NCBI GenBank assembly: GCA_038214755.1
Contig: JBBQRQ010000031.1
Location: 1-48,622, forward strand
DNA length: 48,622 nucleotides
DNA from: Verrucomicrobiota bacterium
Lineage (GTDB): Bacteria; Verrucomicrobiota; Verrucomicrobiia; Limisphaerales; CANJXF01
Direction of reading: 5' to 3'
Numbering within the stretch: position 1 is the stretch's first letter; each line of letters opens with the position of its first letter. Made by a program: the position numbers and the translations under genes. Positions 8,888 through 17,894 of this stretch are shown piece after piece. The notes below the pieces were generated by a model. It was not told the origin of the DNA. It saw only the letters and a list, made by a program, of their open reading frames with translations, and did no database searches.

Positions 8888-10558
8888 GTGGACATCGCAA
8901 AAGAAATTCAGCGGCGACGCACCTTCGCAATTATTTCTCACCCGGACGCGGGCAAGACAACGTTGACCGAGAAACTTTTGCTCTACGGCGGCGCGGTGCA
9001 ATTGGCCGGCTCTGTCACCGCGCGAAAACATCAGCGCGCCACCACGAGTGACTGGATGGAGCTGGAAAAAAAACGCGGCATTTCCATCAGCTCGACCGTT
9101 CTGCAATTTGATTACGACGGTTATCGCCTCAACCTCCTCGACACGCCCGGTCACAAAGATTTTTCCGAAGATACCTATCGCGTGCTCACCGCCGTCGATT
9201 CCGTCGTGATGGTGATTGACTCCGGGAAAGGCATTGAAGCGCAAACGCTGAAACTTTTTGAAGTTTGCCGGCAACGCGGAGTGCCTATTTTCACGTTCAT
9301 GAACAAGTGCGACCGCCCGATGAAAGACCCGCTGTCGCTGCTGGACGAATTGGAACGCGTGCTGGGCATCGGCGCGTTTCCGGTCAACTGGCCGATTGGG
9401 ACCGGGTTTGAATTTCAAGGCGTTTACGATCGACGCACCAAACAGGTTTATCTTTTTGAGCGAGTGGCGGGGGGACAATATCGCGCGCCGGTTTCGGTCG
9501 GCGGCTTGAACGATCCCGTGATTCGCGAACGGCTCGACGACGAAACATTTCGCAAAGTTTCCGAAGAATTGGAAATGCTCGAAGGCGCGGGAGAAACTTT
9601 TGACGAAGCGGAAGTGCTTGCGGGAAAAACCACGCCGGTTTTTTTCGGCAGCGGCGTGAATAATTTTGGCGTGCAACTTTTGCTCGACGGCTTTTTGAAA
9701 CACGCCTCGCCGCCGCGCGGCCACAACATTCTCGTAGCCGACAACACTTCGGTAGCCGACGACGTGGGGAGGCGGAGTGATTTATCTGCCGCTCCTGAAA
9801 TTCCGCCTCCTCACCTCGGCGGCTACATCCCTCCCGAACATCCGGCGTTTTCTGGATTCATTTTTAAGATTCAGGCGAACATGGACCCGCGCCATCGTGA
9901 TCGCATTGCTTTCGTCCGCGTTTGCTCCGGCAAATTCGAGCGCGACATGACGGTGAGCCATTCGCGTTCTGCGAAAAAAGTGCGTCTCTCCAGTTCACAC
10001 AAACTTTTTGGCAACGAACGCGAAACGGTGGACGAAGCTTTTCCCGGCGACATCATCGGTCTCGTCGGCCACGACGGATTCGGGATTGGCGACACGCTCA
10101 CCACCGACCCGACAATCAACTACAAAGAAATTCCGCGCTTCACGCCGGAGGCTTTCGCGTATCTGCATAATCCGAATACGGCGAAGTATAAACAATTTCG
10201 CCAGGGGCTGGATCAACTTTTGCAGGAAGGCGTCATTCAGATTCTTAACTTGCGAAACAGTTCCGTCAAAGTTCCGCTGCTCGCCGCCGTCGGTCCGCTC
10301 CAGTTTGAGGTCGTGCAATTTCGGCTGGAAAGCGAATATGGCGCCGCGTCGCGACTGGAGTCTGCGCCGTGGACGGTCGTGCGCTGGCTTCCGCCCGATT
10401 TGAAAGAAGAAGAACTTGATTCACTGTCTCTGCCGACCAGTGCTCGTCTGGCTTATGACATGGGTCAAAATCCCGTGGTGCTTTTCGCGAACGATTGGTC
10501 GGCCAATTATTTTTCGCAAACCAACGCCAAGTTTCCGCTGTCCGCTTTGCCTGTGTAG
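8888..10558 (+). CDS. prfC: Peptide chain release factor 3, with an in-frame REP insertion
   Basis: RRTFAIISHPDAGKTTLTEKLLL, DTPGHKDFSEDTYR, NKCD, FKIQANMDPRHRDR, GPLQFEV. Confidence 0.97.
   Translation: MDIAKEIQRRRTFAIISHPDAGKTTLTEKLLLYGGAVQLAGSVTARKHQRATTSDWMELEKKRGISISSTVLQFDYDGYRLNLLDTPGHKDFSEDTYRVLTAVDSVVMVIDSGKGIEAQTLKLFEVCRQRGVPIFTFMNKCDRPMKDPLSLLDELERVLGIGAFPVNWPIGTGFEFQGVYDRRTKQVYLFERVAGGQYRAPVSVGGLNDPVIRERLDDETFRKVSEELEMLEGAGETFDEAEVLAGKTTPVFFGSGVNNFGVQLLLDGFLKHASPPRGHNILVADNTSVADDVGRRSDLSAAPEIPPPHLGGYIPPEHPAFSGFIFKIQANMDPRHRDRIAFVRVCSGKFERDMTVSHSRSAKKVRLSSSHKLFGNERETVDEAFPGDIIGLVGHDGFGIGDTLTTDPTINYKEIPRFTPEAFAYLHNPNTAKYKQFRQGLDQLLQEGVIQILNLRNSSVKVPLLAAVGPLQFEVVQFRLESEYGAASRLESAPWTVVRWLPPDLKEEELDSLSLPTSARLAYDMGQNPVVLFANDWSANYFSQTNAKFPLSALPV
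9734..9826. repeat. Intragenic GTAG REP pair in prfC
   Basis: gtagccgacgacgtggggaggcgga...tccgcctcctcacctcggcggctac; same family as intergenic 43624-43814; an extra gtagccgac start at 9734. Confidence 0.85.
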
Positions 10559-10668
10559 GGCAGGCTTCCAGCCTGCCGGTTGACGGGACTTTCCAGTCCC
10601 GCTTTTTTTGTTTTCCCGCAGGCGACTAGAAAGTCGCCCGAACCGGCAGACAAGAATGTCTGCCCTAC
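10555..10668. repeat. GTAG REP cluster, family C; its GTAG supplies the prfC stop codon
   Basis: gtagggcaggcttccagcctgcc...ggcagacaagaatgtctgccctac; related to 43463-43564. Confidence 0.85.
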
Positions 10669-10687
10669 GCCGTCAGCGCGGAGTGAG

Positions 10688-11575
10688 TTACACATCACAA
10701 ATCTGCACGCCCTGTTTCAACGAAGCGATTTTGTCGTCGCGCTTCGGAATGAATTCCTGCGCGACGAATCCTTTGAAACCGCTTTCCACAATCGCTTTCA
10801 TCACTGCCGGATAAAAAATTTCCTGCGTGTCATCAATTTCGTTGCGACCGGGAACGCCGCCGGTGTGGTAGTGGCCGAACGATTCGTAATTCTTTTTGAT
10901 CGTCGCGATCATGTCGCCTTCCATGATTTGCATGTGGTAAATGTCGTAAAGCAGTTTGAATCGCTCTGAGCTGACGCGCTTCACCAGTTCAAGGCCCCAC
11001 TTGGAAAGGTCGCACATGTAATCCGGGTGATTCACTTTGCTGTTCAATAATTCCATGCAGACGGTGACTTTGTGTTTCTCGGCAATCGGCGCAATGCGCT
11101 TCAAACCAATCGCGCAATTTTCCAGACCTTGCGCGTCGTCGAGGCCGGCGCGATTCCCCGAAAAGCAAATGATGTTGGGAAATCCCGCCTTGGCCGCGAG
11201 GGGAGCCGTTGTTTCAAAATAATTTACGATGTCATCATGGTGCTCGACGCGGTTCAGCCCTTTGGTAATTCCACCAGGAACACCGCTGACCATCGCGCAA
11301 AGCAAGTCGTGCTTTTTCAGCGTGGGGAAATCTTTTACTTCGAGAAGTTCGACGGAACGCAGGCCGATTTCTTTTCCCGCCTTGCACAAATCTTCGAGCG
11401 GAATAGTCGGGTAGCACCATTTGCAAACCGAGTGGTTGATGCGGCCTTTGAGTTTGGGATCGACCGCATTTTCTGCGGCGTTCAACCGAAATGAAATGTT
11501 GGAGGCGGCAGTCAACACCGCAGTGGTTCCAGCGAATTTGCGGAAGGCGGAACGGCGAGAGATGGGTTGGTTCAT
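10688..11575 (-). CDS. Hydroxypyruvate isomerase-family TIM-barrel protein with a Tat signal
   Basis: SRRSAF twin-arginine; ELLNSKVNHPDY, LLYDIYHMQIMEGD, HYHTGGVPGRNE. Confidence 0.9.
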   Translation of the reverse strand: MNQPISRRSAFRKFAGTTAVLTAASNISFRLNAAENAVDPKLKGRINHSVCKWCYPTIPLEDLCKAGKEIGLRSVELLEVKDFPTLKKHDLLCAMVSGVPGGITKGLNRVEHHDDIVNYFETTAPLAAKAGFPNIICFSGNRAGLDDAQGLENCAIGLKRIAPIAEKHKVTVCMELLNSKVNHPDYMCDLSKWGLELVKRVSSERFKLLYDIYHMQIMEGDMIATIKKNYESFGHYHTGGVPGRNEIDDTQEIFYPAVMKAIVESGFKGFVAQEFIPKRDDKIASLKQGVQICDV

Positions 11576-11661
11576 GCGTTAGTTGTAACGCCGAGCGGAA
11601 AAGATTTCACGCTTCTTTTTTCGGGCATCCAAGCGGAGGGGCGACGGAGAGGCGTCTCATA

Positions 11662-11750
11662 CGGGTAGCATCTGCCTCCGGCGGGTGCGAAGTCGCCTCG
11701 ACCCTCCGTGGAAAGGAGTTTTCGCACCCGCCGGAGGCAGATGCTACCCG
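11662..11750. repeat. GTAG REP pair, family D
   Basis: cgggtagcatctgcctccggcgggtgcgaa...ttcgcacccgccggaggcagatgctacccg is a perfect inverted repeat; single arm at 15486-15506. Confidence 0.9.
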
Positions 11751-11762
11751 CCGGGGAAGAAA

Positions 11763-12158
11763 CTATTGCTTCCAATCGAAGGCGTGTTTTTTGAGAGCGT
11801 AGATGTAGCCGACGAACAGAATTCCGAGGAAGGAAATCATCGAGCCGAAAATCAAAGTCGCATTCTCGACGAGCATGGCGCGATAAACCACCGCCCACGG
11901 ATAAAGGAAAACGACTTCAATGTCGAAAAGGATGAACAACATCGCGACGAGATAAAATTTCACGGACATGCGCGAGTTGCCGTCGCCCACGGGCAACATT
12001 CCACATTCATAGGGTGTGTTTTTGATTTTGGTTTCACGACGATTCTTGTTGGCCCATTTTCCAACGACGACTGACATCACCAAAGTGCCCGCGGCAAATC
12101 CGAGCGCGACCAGTCCAAGAATCAACACGGGAATGTATTGGGTCAATTGCGAATCCAT
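11763..12158 (-). CDS. nuoA: NADH-quinone oxidoreductase subunit A
   Basis: PYECG, FYLVAMLFILFDIEVVFLYPWA, three TM segments. Confidence 0.95.
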   Translation of the reverse strand: MDSQLTQYIPVLILGLVALGFAAGTLVMSVVVGKWANKNRRETKIKNTPYECGMLPVGDGNSRMSVKFYLVAMLFILFDIEVVFLYPWAVVYRAMLVENATLIFGSMISFLGILFVGYIYALKKHAFDWKQ

Positions 12159-12299
12159 GCGGCGAAATTAAGAATCGGCACGGCGTTTGGCAAGGGAGAA
12201 TGACCTCCGATAAATTCGAAATCCGAAGACTGAAACTGTGGCGGAACCGTTGCGTGGCCAAGCACTTTTCCCAGCGCTGGACGGAAGCCGTTGCGGGTT

Positions 12300-12348
12300 T
12301 AGGATTTTGTTTTGGTTCGGATTTCGTGGATGCGGATTTCGAGATTTG
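12300..12348. repeat. Degenerate ggattt(c) short repeats
   Basis: ggattttg...cggatttcgtggatgcggatttcgagattt; complementary ttcgaaatccgaa near 12214. Confidence 0.5.
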
Positions 12349-12475
12349 TCGGCAGCATTTTCAACGGGCGGCGGCTGATCACGGAGCACACCGCCGCGCT
12401 TACTCAAATCGGGACAGCGCCGCCCGCACTTTGGCGGCTTGTTTTTTTTTCTGAAGCTGAAAGAGTGTCGCGAAA

Positions 12476-13819
12476 ATGAAGACCGTTCTGTTGATCGACG
12501 ATGATCACTCTTTTCGCGCCACTATTTCACAGTGGCTCGCCGAAAACGGCTGGCGCGTCTTGCAGGCGGAGGATGGCGAGAGCGGCCAAAAACTCGCGCT
12601 GGAACATTCTCCCGAAATTGTTCTTTGCGATCTCCTCATGCCGCGTTGCAATGGATTTCAAGTCTGCCGCTTTCTTCGCGCCCACAAAGAGCAATTGCCC
12701 CGCACGAAAATCATTGTCACCACCGGCAGCAGCTATGCCACCGACCGGCTCAACGCGTTCGAAGCGGGCGCGGATGAATATCTGATCAAACCGGTTTTAC
12801 CAAAGGACCTCGCCGTCGTGCTGGCGCGAATGATGGGCGAAAAATCTTCGGGTCAAGACGATGGAATTGTTGAATCGACTTTGGTTTCACCTCAACCCAC
12901 CCGTCTCAAATTCTGGGGAGTGCGCGGCTCGATTCCCACGCCTGGACCGGACACCGTTTTCTACGGAGGCAATACCTCGTGTATCGAAATTCGAGCCGAT
13001 CAGGAAATTATTATCCTCGATGCCGGGACTGGAATTCGGCCATTGGGTCTGGCGTTGAACAATGAATTCAAGGGAAAACCCATTAACCTGACTCTCTTGA
13101 TTTCTCACACCCACTGGGACCATATCCAAGGGTTTCCTTATTTTTTGCCTGCTTACAACCCAAGTAACGGCATCCGCATTCTCGGGTTCGAAGGCGCACG
13201 AAAAGGACTGGAAAAAATTCTGTCCACCCAGATGGAAAGCTCCTACTTCCCGATTTCGATGCGTGAAATGCCCGGCCACATTTGCATCCAGGAATTGAAG
13301 GATGTTGATTTCAACATCGGTGCCATTCGCGGCCGCGCGGAATTTATGAATCATCCGGGCATCTGCGCCGGATATCGTCTTTATACTTCGGGCGGCTCCA
13401 TTTCTTATTTGACGGATGTTGAGCTTTTCCAACGCTTGCAGGCGCAAACAACTCCTGACTCCTCGACCGAGCAACAGGCGTTCGCTCGGCAACAAGACGC
13501 GCGCCTGGCTGATTTCGCGCGCGATTCCGATGTGCTGATTCTCGACGCGCAATACGATGCCGCGGAATATCAATCCCACGCTGGCTGGGGACACAGTTGT
13601 CTGGACGATTCCGTGGCCTTCGCGCTCGACGCAAAAGTAAAACGCCTTTTTCTTTTCCATCACGACCCCGATCACACGGATGAAAAAATCTCGCGTCTCG
13701 TCGCTCATGCCCGCGATTTGGTCGCGCAAAGAGGAAGTGATTTAATCGTCGAAGCTGCTCGCGAGGGGTTGGAAGTCATTCTCCAGCCTCAAGAGAATAC
13801 CGCGCAGAAAATTTCCTGA
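12476..13819 (+). CDS. Response regulator receiver fused to an MBL-fold metallo-hydrolase
   Basis: REC domain (LIDDD, CDLLMP, KP) followed by FWGVRGSIP, YGGNTSC, SHTHWDHIQG, WGHS, LFHHDP. Confidence 0.9.
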   Translation: MKTVLLIDDDHSFRATISQWLAENGWRVLQAEDGESGQKLALEHSPEIVLCDLLMPRCNGFQVCRFLRAHKEQLPRTKIIVTTGSSYATDRLNAFEAGADEYLIKPVLPKDLAVVLARMMGEKSSGQDDGIVESTLVSPQPTRLKFWGVRGSIPTPGPDTVFYGGNTSCIEIRADQEIIILDAGTGIRPLGLALNNEFKGKPINLTLLISHTHWDHIQGFPYFLPAYNPSNGIRILGFEGARKGLEKILSTQMESSYFPISMREMPGHICIQELKDVDFNIGAIRGRAEFMNHPGICAGYRLYTSGGSISYLTDVELFQRLQAQTTPDSSTEQQAFARQQDARLADFARDSDVLILDAQYDAAEYQSHAGWGHSCLDDSVAFALDAKVKRLFLFHHDPDHTDEKISRLVAHARDLVAQRGSDLIVEAAREGLEVILQPQENTAQKIS

Positions 13820-13823
13820 CTCT

Positions 13824-13920
13824 TAGCGCACGCCTCCGGCGGGCCGGTGACTGACGCTTCCAGCTTCGTCTTCGCGGCAAGGATGCCTCGGAACCTGCTG
13901 GCTTGGAAGCCCGCGCTACA
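13824..13920. repeat. Degenerate REP, family C-like
   Basis: tagcgc...cttccagc...gctggcttggaagcccgcgctaca. Confidence 0.5.
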
Positions 13921-13962
13921 TCTGAAAACCTTGCCATTACCCACACTTCGTTGGCGGCTGCT

Positions 13963-14182
13963 CAATCCCACCGGGATTGAAATCACTCAGCCCAGCGTTG
14001 CGAGGAACGAGCTACGCTGGGTGAACTACAACCAACGCCATCAACCCCGAAGGGGTTGCAGCCGCGAACAAATTGGAATTGAGATGCAACCCCGTTGGGG
14101 TTGGACGAATTTTTTTTACGTCACTCAGGGTAGCTCGTTCCTCGCAACCCTGGGCTGAGTGATCCCAATCCTTTCAGGATTG
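13963..14182. repeat. Large palindromic element, family E
   Basis: actcagcccagcgttgcgaggaacgagctac...gtagctcgttcctcgcaaccctgggctgagt with inner caacccc..ggggttg hairpins. Confidence 0.85.
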
Positions 14183-14260
14183 ACGAAACTCGCTGAAACT
14201 GTGGTTCAGCAAGCGCTTCTGCCTTCGTTGGCTTCTGTGAAATGAACTTCCGATTCCCTG

Positions 14261-15241
14261 TCAGATCGCTGCGAAAACTTTTTCCAAAAATTCACGGTTC
14301 GCTTTTGCGCCCGCCGTGACTTCTTCATAAGTTTTTCCGCCCGCACATTCGACCATGACCGGTCCGTTGAATCCGGCTTTTTTCAATTCCGCGAAGACCG
14401 CGTGAAAATCCACTTTGCCCGAGCCAAACGGAATCATCACGCTGCCCTTTTGTTTGTCGCAATCCTTCGCGCAAAAACCCGTGACATGCTGGGCAATGGG
14501 CTTGAGTTGTTCGAGCGGATCTTTGCCGGTGTAAAAAATAATGTTCCCCGCGTCGTACCAGATTTTAAAATTCGGCCGCTTGACCTTCGCCATGCAGCGC
14601 TCGATTTCCTCCACGTCGCCACTCCCGCCGCCGTGTGGTTTCATCACCAGTTTGATGCCGCGCTCCTGACAATAGTCCGCCGCGTCCGACATCATCTTGT
14701 AATAATTTTCGTAATGTTCCGGGTTGTCCACGCCGAAGGTTAAAAGAAATTCCAGATTCAAAAACTTTCCGTGATCGATTTGCGTCCGCGTATCTTTGAT
14801 CGCTTCGTCAAATGGCAATTGCGGCTTCGTGCGTAGCGCGCCCATGTTCGCCTTCAATCCTGCGGCTTTGATTTTCTTTTTTAAATTTTCCAGATATTCC
14901 TGCGGCGCATCTTCCCCGATGAATGGTTCATCCGGCATGCGCGTGAGCAGGCCCGTCAATTTGTAGCCCGCCTCTTTTATTCCTTTGAGCGCGACATCAT
15001 AACCCCAATTCGCTGGCATCGGTTTGGAGAGCGGCGCGGTTTTCGTCCCATGCGCCTGCATCCACGGTCGATTGAAACAGCCGATGGGCCAGCGAACGCC
15101 TTTCTTCCCGGCGTGCGCGCCGTCGAGCGAGGCATCATTCGCTTTTTCCGCCGCGCGAGAAAAATCAAAGGCGCTGCTCGAAGCGATGACGAGAGTGGAA
15201 GTTTGTAAAAATTTACGTCGGCTCAGCGAAGGGATTTTCAT
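14261..15241 (-). CDS. Sugar phosphate isomerase/epimerase (xylose isomerase-like TIM barrel) with a Tat signal
   Basis: SRRKFL twin-arginine; KPHGG, WYDAGN, CAKD, FGSGKVDF, GPVMVE. Confidence 0.85.
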   Translation of the reverse strand: MKIPSLSRRKFLQTSTLVIASSSAFDFSRAAEKANDASLDGAHAGKKGVRWPIGCFNRPWMQAHGTKTAPLSKPMPANWGYDVALKGIKEAGYKLTGLLTRMPDEPFIGEDAPQEYLENLKKKIKAAGLKANMGALRTKPQLPFDEAIKDTRTQIDHGKFLNLEFLLTFGVDNPEHYENYYKMMSDAADYCQERGIKLVMKPHGGGSGDVEEIERCMAKVKRPNFKIWYDAGNIIFYTGKDPLEQLKPIAQHVTGFCAKDCDKQKGSVMIPFGSGKVDFHAVFAELKKAGFNGPVMVECAGGKTYEEVTAGAKANREFLEKVFAAI

Positions 15242-15518
15242 GGAGCGTTGGTAACTGGACGCGGAGAATCTGGCAAGCGCGGAAGAATGCGAGAAAGTGA
15301 TTTCAAGCGGCGGTTGCGTAGCGCAGGATTGCATCTGCTGTATCGCCGGTTTGAAACGGGCTGACCGTCGCAAATAAAGAAAGACGCCCCAGCGCAGCGC
15401 GTTCCTCGTCCCGCAGGCGCGGGACTGGGCTGAGTTCCCAATCCAGGATTGAAGTAACCGGCCCTGCGATATGGGTAATGACCAGGCCGGAGGCAGATGC
15501 TACCCGCCAATGAAGCGT

Positions 15519-16673
15519 TCACGGTTCGCTGATTTGTCCACATAACACCCCGCGATTTGCTCCCGTCGTTCCCGGTAAATTTCCCGGCAGCTTTTTCACC
15601 CGCAAAAAAGCCAGCAGCGCAAAGGCGGCCGGTTCTATCGCCTGCGCTAGCCAACCCAGTTCGTCACTGGTCTGAGTTTTCGCGGAAGGAAATTGATTTC
15701 TAATTGCACTGACCAAACTTGGATTGTCCGCGCCGCCCCCCGTCAAAATTATTTTGTCCGGCGACGATGGCAAATGAAGTTGGTAATTGAGCGCCATCGA
15801 ACGCGCCGTGAATTCGGTGAACGTCGCGGCCACGTCAAATTTCGACAGTCCTTTCATTTGGCCAATCGCCGTTTTGAAAAAAGGTTCGCCAAACAATTCG
15901 CGTCCGGTGCTCTTCGGCGGCTTTTGTTTGAAATAGGAATGACGCAACCAGCGTTTCAACAAATCCTCTGAAGCCTTTCCCCGCTCTGCCCACGCTCCAC
16001 CTTTGTCGAAATGTTTTTTGCCTCCGCTGAAATGCCGCACGGCGAAATCCAGCAACATATTCGCCGGCCCCGTGTCGAACGCCAGAATCTGTAGCGGCGC
16101 GTCTGTGACCGCCGCTGACTTCTCTTTTAAATTCAGGTCGCGATCACAGACCACTCCTCCGCTCCAATCGATCGAAGTCACATTGCTGATGCCGCCGAGA
16201 TTATTGACGCAAACATGTTTGCCTTTTTTTGCAAAAATAAATTGATGAAAAACCGTGGCGAGCGGCGCGCCTTGTCCACCCGCCGCCAAATCCGCCGCGC
16301 GAAAATTATTCACCACCGGCGCGCGAAATTTTTCCACGAGATAAGCCGGTTCGCCGAGTTGGAACGTTGCGGGATTTTTCTCGTTCGGATTATGGAAAAC
16401 GGTCTGGCCGTGCAAACCGATGAGGCCGGGTTTTGATTTTTGCGTCTTGCGAGTGGCGTGCTGGGCGTAGAAACGCCCGAGGTCGTGATGCAACTGGCAG
16501 AACTCCCAACTCGGCAAATCGCCCCGCGCCGCCTCGTGCAATTTGCGCCGCAATTCGTTCGGAAAATCCGCCCACCAAAACTCGCGCAGTTCGACGCGCT
16601 TTTCCGAAACGGAGCAGAGCGCATAATCCACGCCGTCAATGCTCGTGCCGGACATGATGCCGAGGACGTTCAT
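15519..16673 (-). CDS. anmK: Anhydro-N-acetylmuramic acid kinase, with an in-frame REP insertion
   Basis: GIMSGTSIDGVD, HGQTVFH, DLAAGGQGAPL, NLGGISN, FDTGPAN, PPKSTGRELF. Confidence 0.95.
   Translation of the reverse strand: MNVLGIMSGTSIDGVDYALCSVSEKRVELREFWWADFPNELRRKLHEAARGDLPSWEFCQLHHDLGRFYAQHATRKTQKSKPGLIGLHGQTVFHNPNEKNPATFQLGEPAYLVEKFRAPVVNNFRAADLAAGGQGAPLATVFHQFIFAKKGKHVCVNNLGGISNVTSIDWSGGVVCDRDLNLKEKSAAVTDAPLQILAFDTGPANMLLDFAVRHFSGGKKHFDKGGAWAERGKASEDLLKRWLRHSYFKQKPPKSTGRELFGEPFFKTAIGQMKGLSKFDVAATFTEFTARSMALNYQLHLPSSPDKIILTGGGADNPSLVSAIRNQFPSAKTQTSDELGWLAQAIEPAAFALLAFLRVKKLPGNLPGTTGANRGVLCGQISEP
16090..16166. repeat. Intragenic GTAG REP pair in anmK
   Basis: tgtagcggcgcgtctgtgaccgc...gcgatcacagacc...ccgctcca. 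Confidence 0.85.
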
Positions 16674-16724
16674 AAATCGACCACGGATTATGAAGGGTTG
16701 TTAAAGAATGGAGAACATCAATTC

Positions 16725-17312
16725 TTAGCGTGTGGCCGGAATTTTATTGAATCGCAATAAAAATAAAAAGAGAACCCCGATTAACAAGAGTGTGATAATT
16801 CCCGGTTCAGGAACAATGGTGGCGAACAGCAAATCTTTGCTGGCATCGCCCAGAATTCGCCCATTGGAATAACTTGAACCAACCGCGTAATAAAAATTAA
16901 GAGTGACTCCTCCCTCAATAGTGAAGGCAAGCCGTTCACCGGGCGTTTGGCTGTAACTTTGATCGAAATAAATAGGGAAGTACAGCGGCGTCGCTGCTGG
17001 CGTGTAGAATGAATTGATCTCCGCCGCGGTGATAGTTCCGCTGGTAATCGGGCTTCCCAGAAGAACGCTCCCAGACGCATCCGACCGCCAGAGCGCAACG
17101 TGAATATCGGCCACCCCTGTGTTGTCCACTGTCGCCAGCACCACTCCGGTAAGTTGGTTAAATACAGTGGGAACAAACGATTGGCCGAAGGGTGAACCGA
17201 GTGCGGAAGCTGGAGCGTTGCCGTTGATTAAAATCTGCCGAACATCCGTTTCTTGCGCGAAAGCCGCCGACGCAGATAGAAATCCGAAAAGGAAAATGGT
17301 TCGCCATTTCAT
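16725..17312 (-). CDS. PEP-CTERM sorting-domain protein
   Basis: Signal peptide; C-terminal VPEP, hydrophobic helix and basic tail. Confidence 0.85.
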   Translation of the reverse strand: MKWRTIFLFGFLSASAAFAQETDVRQILINGNAPASALGSPFGQSFVPTVFNQLTGVVLATVDNTGVADIHVALWRSDASGSVLLGSPITSGTITAAEINSFYTPAATPLYFPIYFDQSYSQTPGERLAFTIEGGVTLNFYYAVGSSYSNGRILGDASKDLLFATIVPEPGIITLLLIGVLFLFLLRFNKIPATR

Positions 17313-17326
17313 AAGTGACTAAACTT

Positions 17327-17425
17327 TTAAATTTTTTCAAAGGAGACTAAGGAAACAATCCGCCGAGGCTCCGGGGCAAGGGTGCGCAAAAAATCGCGCA
17401 CCTCGGCGGAGGCGCGGAAGTTCAT
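17327..17425 (-). pseudogene. Truncated RelE/ParE-like toxin remnant (32 codons)
   Basis: ATGA overlap with the antitoxin stop; MNFRASAEVRDFLRTLAPEPRR resembles a RelE N-terminus, then runs into AT-rich DNA and stops. Confidence 0.55.
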
Positions 17426-17673
17426 TCCTTCAAATCCTTTTTGATTTCGGCCAAGGTGTAGAACTTCATTTTTCCCGCCTGAAATTTTTTAATTGCTTTC
17501 ATCGCTTCGGGATTGGCGAGCGTCTCCACGGTGGCAACGAGTGACTCAAAATGCTCGCGCGGGACAACAAATCCGGCAATGGCGTCATGCCGCATGACCG
17601 CAACAACATGGTCTTGCCGCAGAATCTTAGGGAGTTGCTGTTGGGCCTCGGTGACAGAAACGATATTTTTCAC
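17422..17673 (-). CDS. Phd/YefM-family antitoxin
   Basis: VSVTEAQQQLPKIL..., ATVETLANPEAMKAI. Confidence 0.8.
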   Translation of the reverse strand: MKNIVSVTEAQQQLPKILRQDHVVAVMRHDAIAGFVVPREHFESLVATVETLANPEAMKAIKKFQAGKMKFYTLAEIKKDLKE

Positions 17674-17894
17674 AGTAAACTACGTAGCCGCCTTTTTAGA
17701 CGGCGACAAGCCTGTTGTGTTCTCGAAGCCAGCCGAAAAAAGATTCTTACGGAAGCGCAGGAGTTAACCGTTGACGAAACGCAGCGCCGATTTGCTCCAC
17801 TCGGCCACAACCAACCGCCTTAACCGGAGCAAACGATAAAAAGAAAAAATATTGGCCGTGAAATCTATCTCGTCTGCGGCTAAACCTTTTGCCC

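Noticed and set aside
13847..14158. 103-aa ORF
   Set aside because: It lies over REP elements and has no protein features.
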